Source of the DNA: an uncultured Alphaproteobacteria bacterium
Lineage (GTDB): Bacteria; Pseudomonadota; Alphaproteobacteria; Rs-D84
Reading direction: 5' to 3'
Assembly: GCA_947168075.1 (NCBI GenBank)
Contig: CAMVKK010000003.1
Location: 1 to 42,509 of the forward strand
DNA: 42,509 nt
The notes beneath the pieces are model-generated. The model saw only the letters and a program-made list of their open reading frames with translations. It was not told the DNA's origin and did no database searches. Positions within the stretch are counted from its first letter, which is position 1, and each line of letters begins with the position of its first letter. A program made the translations under genes and the position numbers. Below are positions 40,037 to 42,509 of this stretch, piece after piece.

Positions 40037-42312
40037 TTCTTACGATGAAAAAACTTCTTTGTGCTTGGTTTCTTGTTATTTATTAAATCAATAGCAGTTT
40101 CCAAATCTGGTTTTTCTTTAACAGAAACATTTACACGATTTGATGAAATATATGCACCATATCGCCCAGTTGGATAATAATAAATTTCTGCATCTGTTGC
40201 CGGGTTTTTACCCAATTTTTCAGGTTCAACTTTTTTCACTTCGCCCGACAATAATTCGCGCGCGATTTCAAGTGTTATTGTTTCGGCGTTGTATTTTTTT
40301 GCAGATACATTTTTTTTACCATCGGTTACATACGGCCCAAATTTTCCAATTTTAAACGATATACCATCGCCCAAATCAACAGGTGTTGATTGTGGTTTTT
40401 TATTTTCAATTTCATTATTATCTGCACTCTGGACTCTGGACTCTGAACTTTCTTCATTAAGTTTTTTAGTATAATTACATTTTGGATAATTTTCACAACC
40501 AATAAACGCACCAAATTTGGATAACTTTATCCCAAGTTTTCCGCCACACAGCGGGCATTTATCATTACCATCAATAAACAAATGTTTACGCATAAATGTA
40601 TTTATTTGATTGATTATATCTGTTGTTGTAATAGTACGCGCGCCATCAATCATAGATTTTGTCGGTTTCCAGAAATCATTTAATGCATCCAGTTTTTTTG
40701 TTTTTCCATTTGATACATCGTCCAGAGTATCTTCGGTCTTGGCGGTAAAATTAACATCAACTAATTCGGTAAAATATTTATCCAAATATGATGCAATAAC
40801 CCATCCACCCGGCGTAGCATGAAAACGATGTTGTTTATCTTGTTCGACATAGTTTCTGTCCACAATAGTCGACATAATGGTCGCATATGTTGATGGGCGC
40901 CCTATTCCCAATTCTTCCAATTTTTTCACCAGGGACGCTTCGGTATATCGTGCCGGTGGCTGGGTAAAGTGCTGTTCCGGTAATAAAGAATTTATATTAA
41001 CAGAATCACCAATATTCATCGGTGGTAATTTAGTTTCACTTTCGTCATCGTCATCATCACGCGTTTCAATATACATACGCATAAAACCATCAAATGTGCG
41101 TGTTGTTCCAACCGCATGGAAAGTCGCCACTTTATTATCTGTTTCAATATCAGCAGATACAGAATCAAATTCAGCGTTTGTCATTTGACACGCAATAGTG
41201 CGTTTCCAAATTAAATCATATAATTTTGCTTCGTCGCCGGAAATATTTTTAACATCACCATCAAAATGTGTTGGACGAATTGCTTCGTGTGCTTCCTGGG
41301 CATTTTTAGATTTGGTAACATAAACATTTGGTGTTTTTGGAACAAATTTATCACCATAATTTTCGGCGATATATGCACGAATTTCCCGCACAGCGTCATC
41401 AGATAAATTTGTTGCATCCGTACGCATATATGTAATTAAACCGGCTTCGTACAACTTTTGTGCAGTCGTCATAGTGCGTTTTGATGAAAAGAATAACTTA
41501 CGCGCGGCTTCTTGTTGTAATGTGCTTGTTGTAAATGGTGCAGATGCACGCCGGGTAACTTTTTTACGTTCGATATTTACAACATGTGCATTTATTACAG
41601 GTTTGCCAATTTTTGACACAATATCATCAACCATTGATTTATTTTCAATGGTCATCTTTTCAATTTTTTTACCATTAAAATTAATCAACGATGATTTAAA
41701 AGATTGTTTATTTGTTTCGCATTCCGCATCCAGCGACCAATATTCAACAGGCTTGAAATCTTCTATTTCACGTTCACGGTCAACAACCAATTTAACCGCG
41801 ACACTTTGCACACGTCCCGCCGATTTACCCAAATTGCGGCGCCATAATAACGGTGAAATACCGAATCCTATAAGGTAATCCAACGCACGCCGCACCATAT
41901 ACGCATCAACCAGGTTATCATCAATTTCGCGCGGATTTTCGATTGCCGCCAATACGGCTTTTTTGGTAATTTCATGGAAAGCGACACGATACACTTTTTT
42001 ACCATCCAATAATTTTTTAGATTTTAAAATATCCAAAATATGCCACGCAATTGCTTCACCTTCGCGGTCAGGATCGGATGCAAGATATACTGCATCGGCT
42101 TTTTTAAGTTCATCTGTAATAAGTTTTAATTGTTTTTCTTTGCCCGGCATAATTTGCCAACGCATTTTAAAATCGTGTTCTGTATCAACACTGCCATTTT
42201 CAGGAACTAAATCACGCACATGACCAACAGATGCAATAACACGCCACCCCGCCCCAAGGTATTTTTCAATTGTCTTTGCTTTTGATGGTGATTCAACGAT
42301 TAAGAGATTCAT
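40033..42312 (-). CDS. topA: DNA topoisomerase I
   Basis: LIVESPSKAKTI, ASDPDREGEAI, SAGRVQS, LITYMRTD, AQEAHEAIRP, GIGRPSTY, zinc ribbon. Confidence 0.97.
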   Translation of the reverse strand: MNLLIVESPSKAKTIEKYLGAGWRVIASVGHVRDLVPENGSVDTEHDFKMRWQIMPGKEKQLKLITDELKKADAVYLASDPDREGEAIAWHILDILKSKKLLDGKKVYRVAFHEITKKAVLAAIENPREIDDNLVDAYMVRRALDYLIGFGISPLLWRRNLGKSAGRVQSVAVKLVVDREREIEDFKPVEYWSLDAECETNKQSFKSSLINFNGKKIEKMTIENKSMVDDIVSKIGKPVINAHVVNIERKKVTRRASAPFTTSTLQQEAARKLFFSSKRTMTTAQKLYEAGLITYMRTDATNLSDDAVREIRAYIAENYGDKFVPKTPNVYVTKSKNAQEAHEAIRPTHFDGDVKNISGDEAKLYDLIWKRTIACQMTNAEFDSVSADIETDNKVATFHAVGTTRTFDGFMRMYIETRDDDDDESETKLPPMNIGDSVNINSLLPEQHFTQPPARYTEASLVKKLEELGIGRPSTYATIMSTIVDRNYVEQDKQHRFHATPGGWVIASYLDKYFTELVDVNFTAKTEDTLDDVSNGKTKKLDALNDFWKPTKSMIDGARTITTTDIINQINTFMRKHLFIDGNDKCPLCGGKLGIKLSKFGAFIGCENYPKCNYTKKLNEESSESRVQSADNNEIENKKPQSTPVDLGDGISFKIGKFGPYVTDGKKNVSAKKYNAETITLEIARELLSGEVKKVEPEKLGKNPATDAEIYYYPTGRYGAYISSNRVNVSVKEKPDLETAIDLINNKKPSTKKFFHRKK
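40419..40450 (-). repeat. Coding heptamer-repeat element, copy 3 (topA C-terminal linker)
   Basis: tatc-tgcactc-tggactc-tggactc-tgaactt; encodes SSESRVQSAD. Confidence 0.85.
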
Positions 42313-42315
42313 TTT

Positions 42316-42509
42316 TTAACTTCCCTTTGCTGATAATTGTTGGTCTTTGTGTATATGCGCGTTTTGTGTCAGGCCAAATCCGAACATCAGTGATAAAAGG
42401 CTGCTGCCACCAAAAGACATCAATGGCAACGGCACACCAACTGTCGGCATAAGCCCCAATACCATAGAGATATTTATAAAATAATAAATGAAAAAGTTCA
42501 ACATAAAAC
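42316..42509 (-). CDS. rodA: SEDS protein RodA/FtsW, 3' end (partial)
   Basis: INISMVLGLMPTVGVPLPLMSFGGSS; runs off the window edge. Confidence 0.8.
   Translation of the reverse strand, partial: FMLNFFIYYFINISMVLGLMPTVGVPLPLMSFGGSSLLSLMFGFGLTQNAHIHKDQQLSAKGS

Overview
A core-genome window from a diderm bacterium, most likely a divergent alphaproteobacterium. That placement is inferred from the LolC/D, LpxC/LpxK/DUF374, alpha-type AspRS, alpha-type initiator tRNA and alpha-type HTH genes. Housekeeping genes include lolC/D, ftsQ, tsaE, uvrB, an AsmA-like gene, aspS, tlyA, ung, gyrB, lpxC, lpxK, rfbC/D, rpmJ, ychF, dnaG, topA, part of rodA, and three tRNAs. Among them lie scattered type IVb pilus genes (PilN-like secretin; PilO2-PilP-PilQ-PilR) and virB3-virB4, with no integrase, relaxase or transposase in the window. 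The strongest observations are: (1) a complete minimal T-box riboswitch upstream of aspS, with an Asp GAC specifier, K-turn and UGGCACC bulge, unexpected in this lineage; (2) an in-frame FtsA-Rpe fusion; (3) a ~32-nt heptamer-repeat element in the same reading frame in three unrelated proteins, plus related heptamer arrays around a family of near-identical CCGG hairpin terminators; (4) a probable oriC with variant TTWTCAACA boxes at ~36.0-36.3 kb; (5) a structured repeat derived from the 3' end of tRNA-fMet. All calls come from motif recognition by eye; no searches were run.
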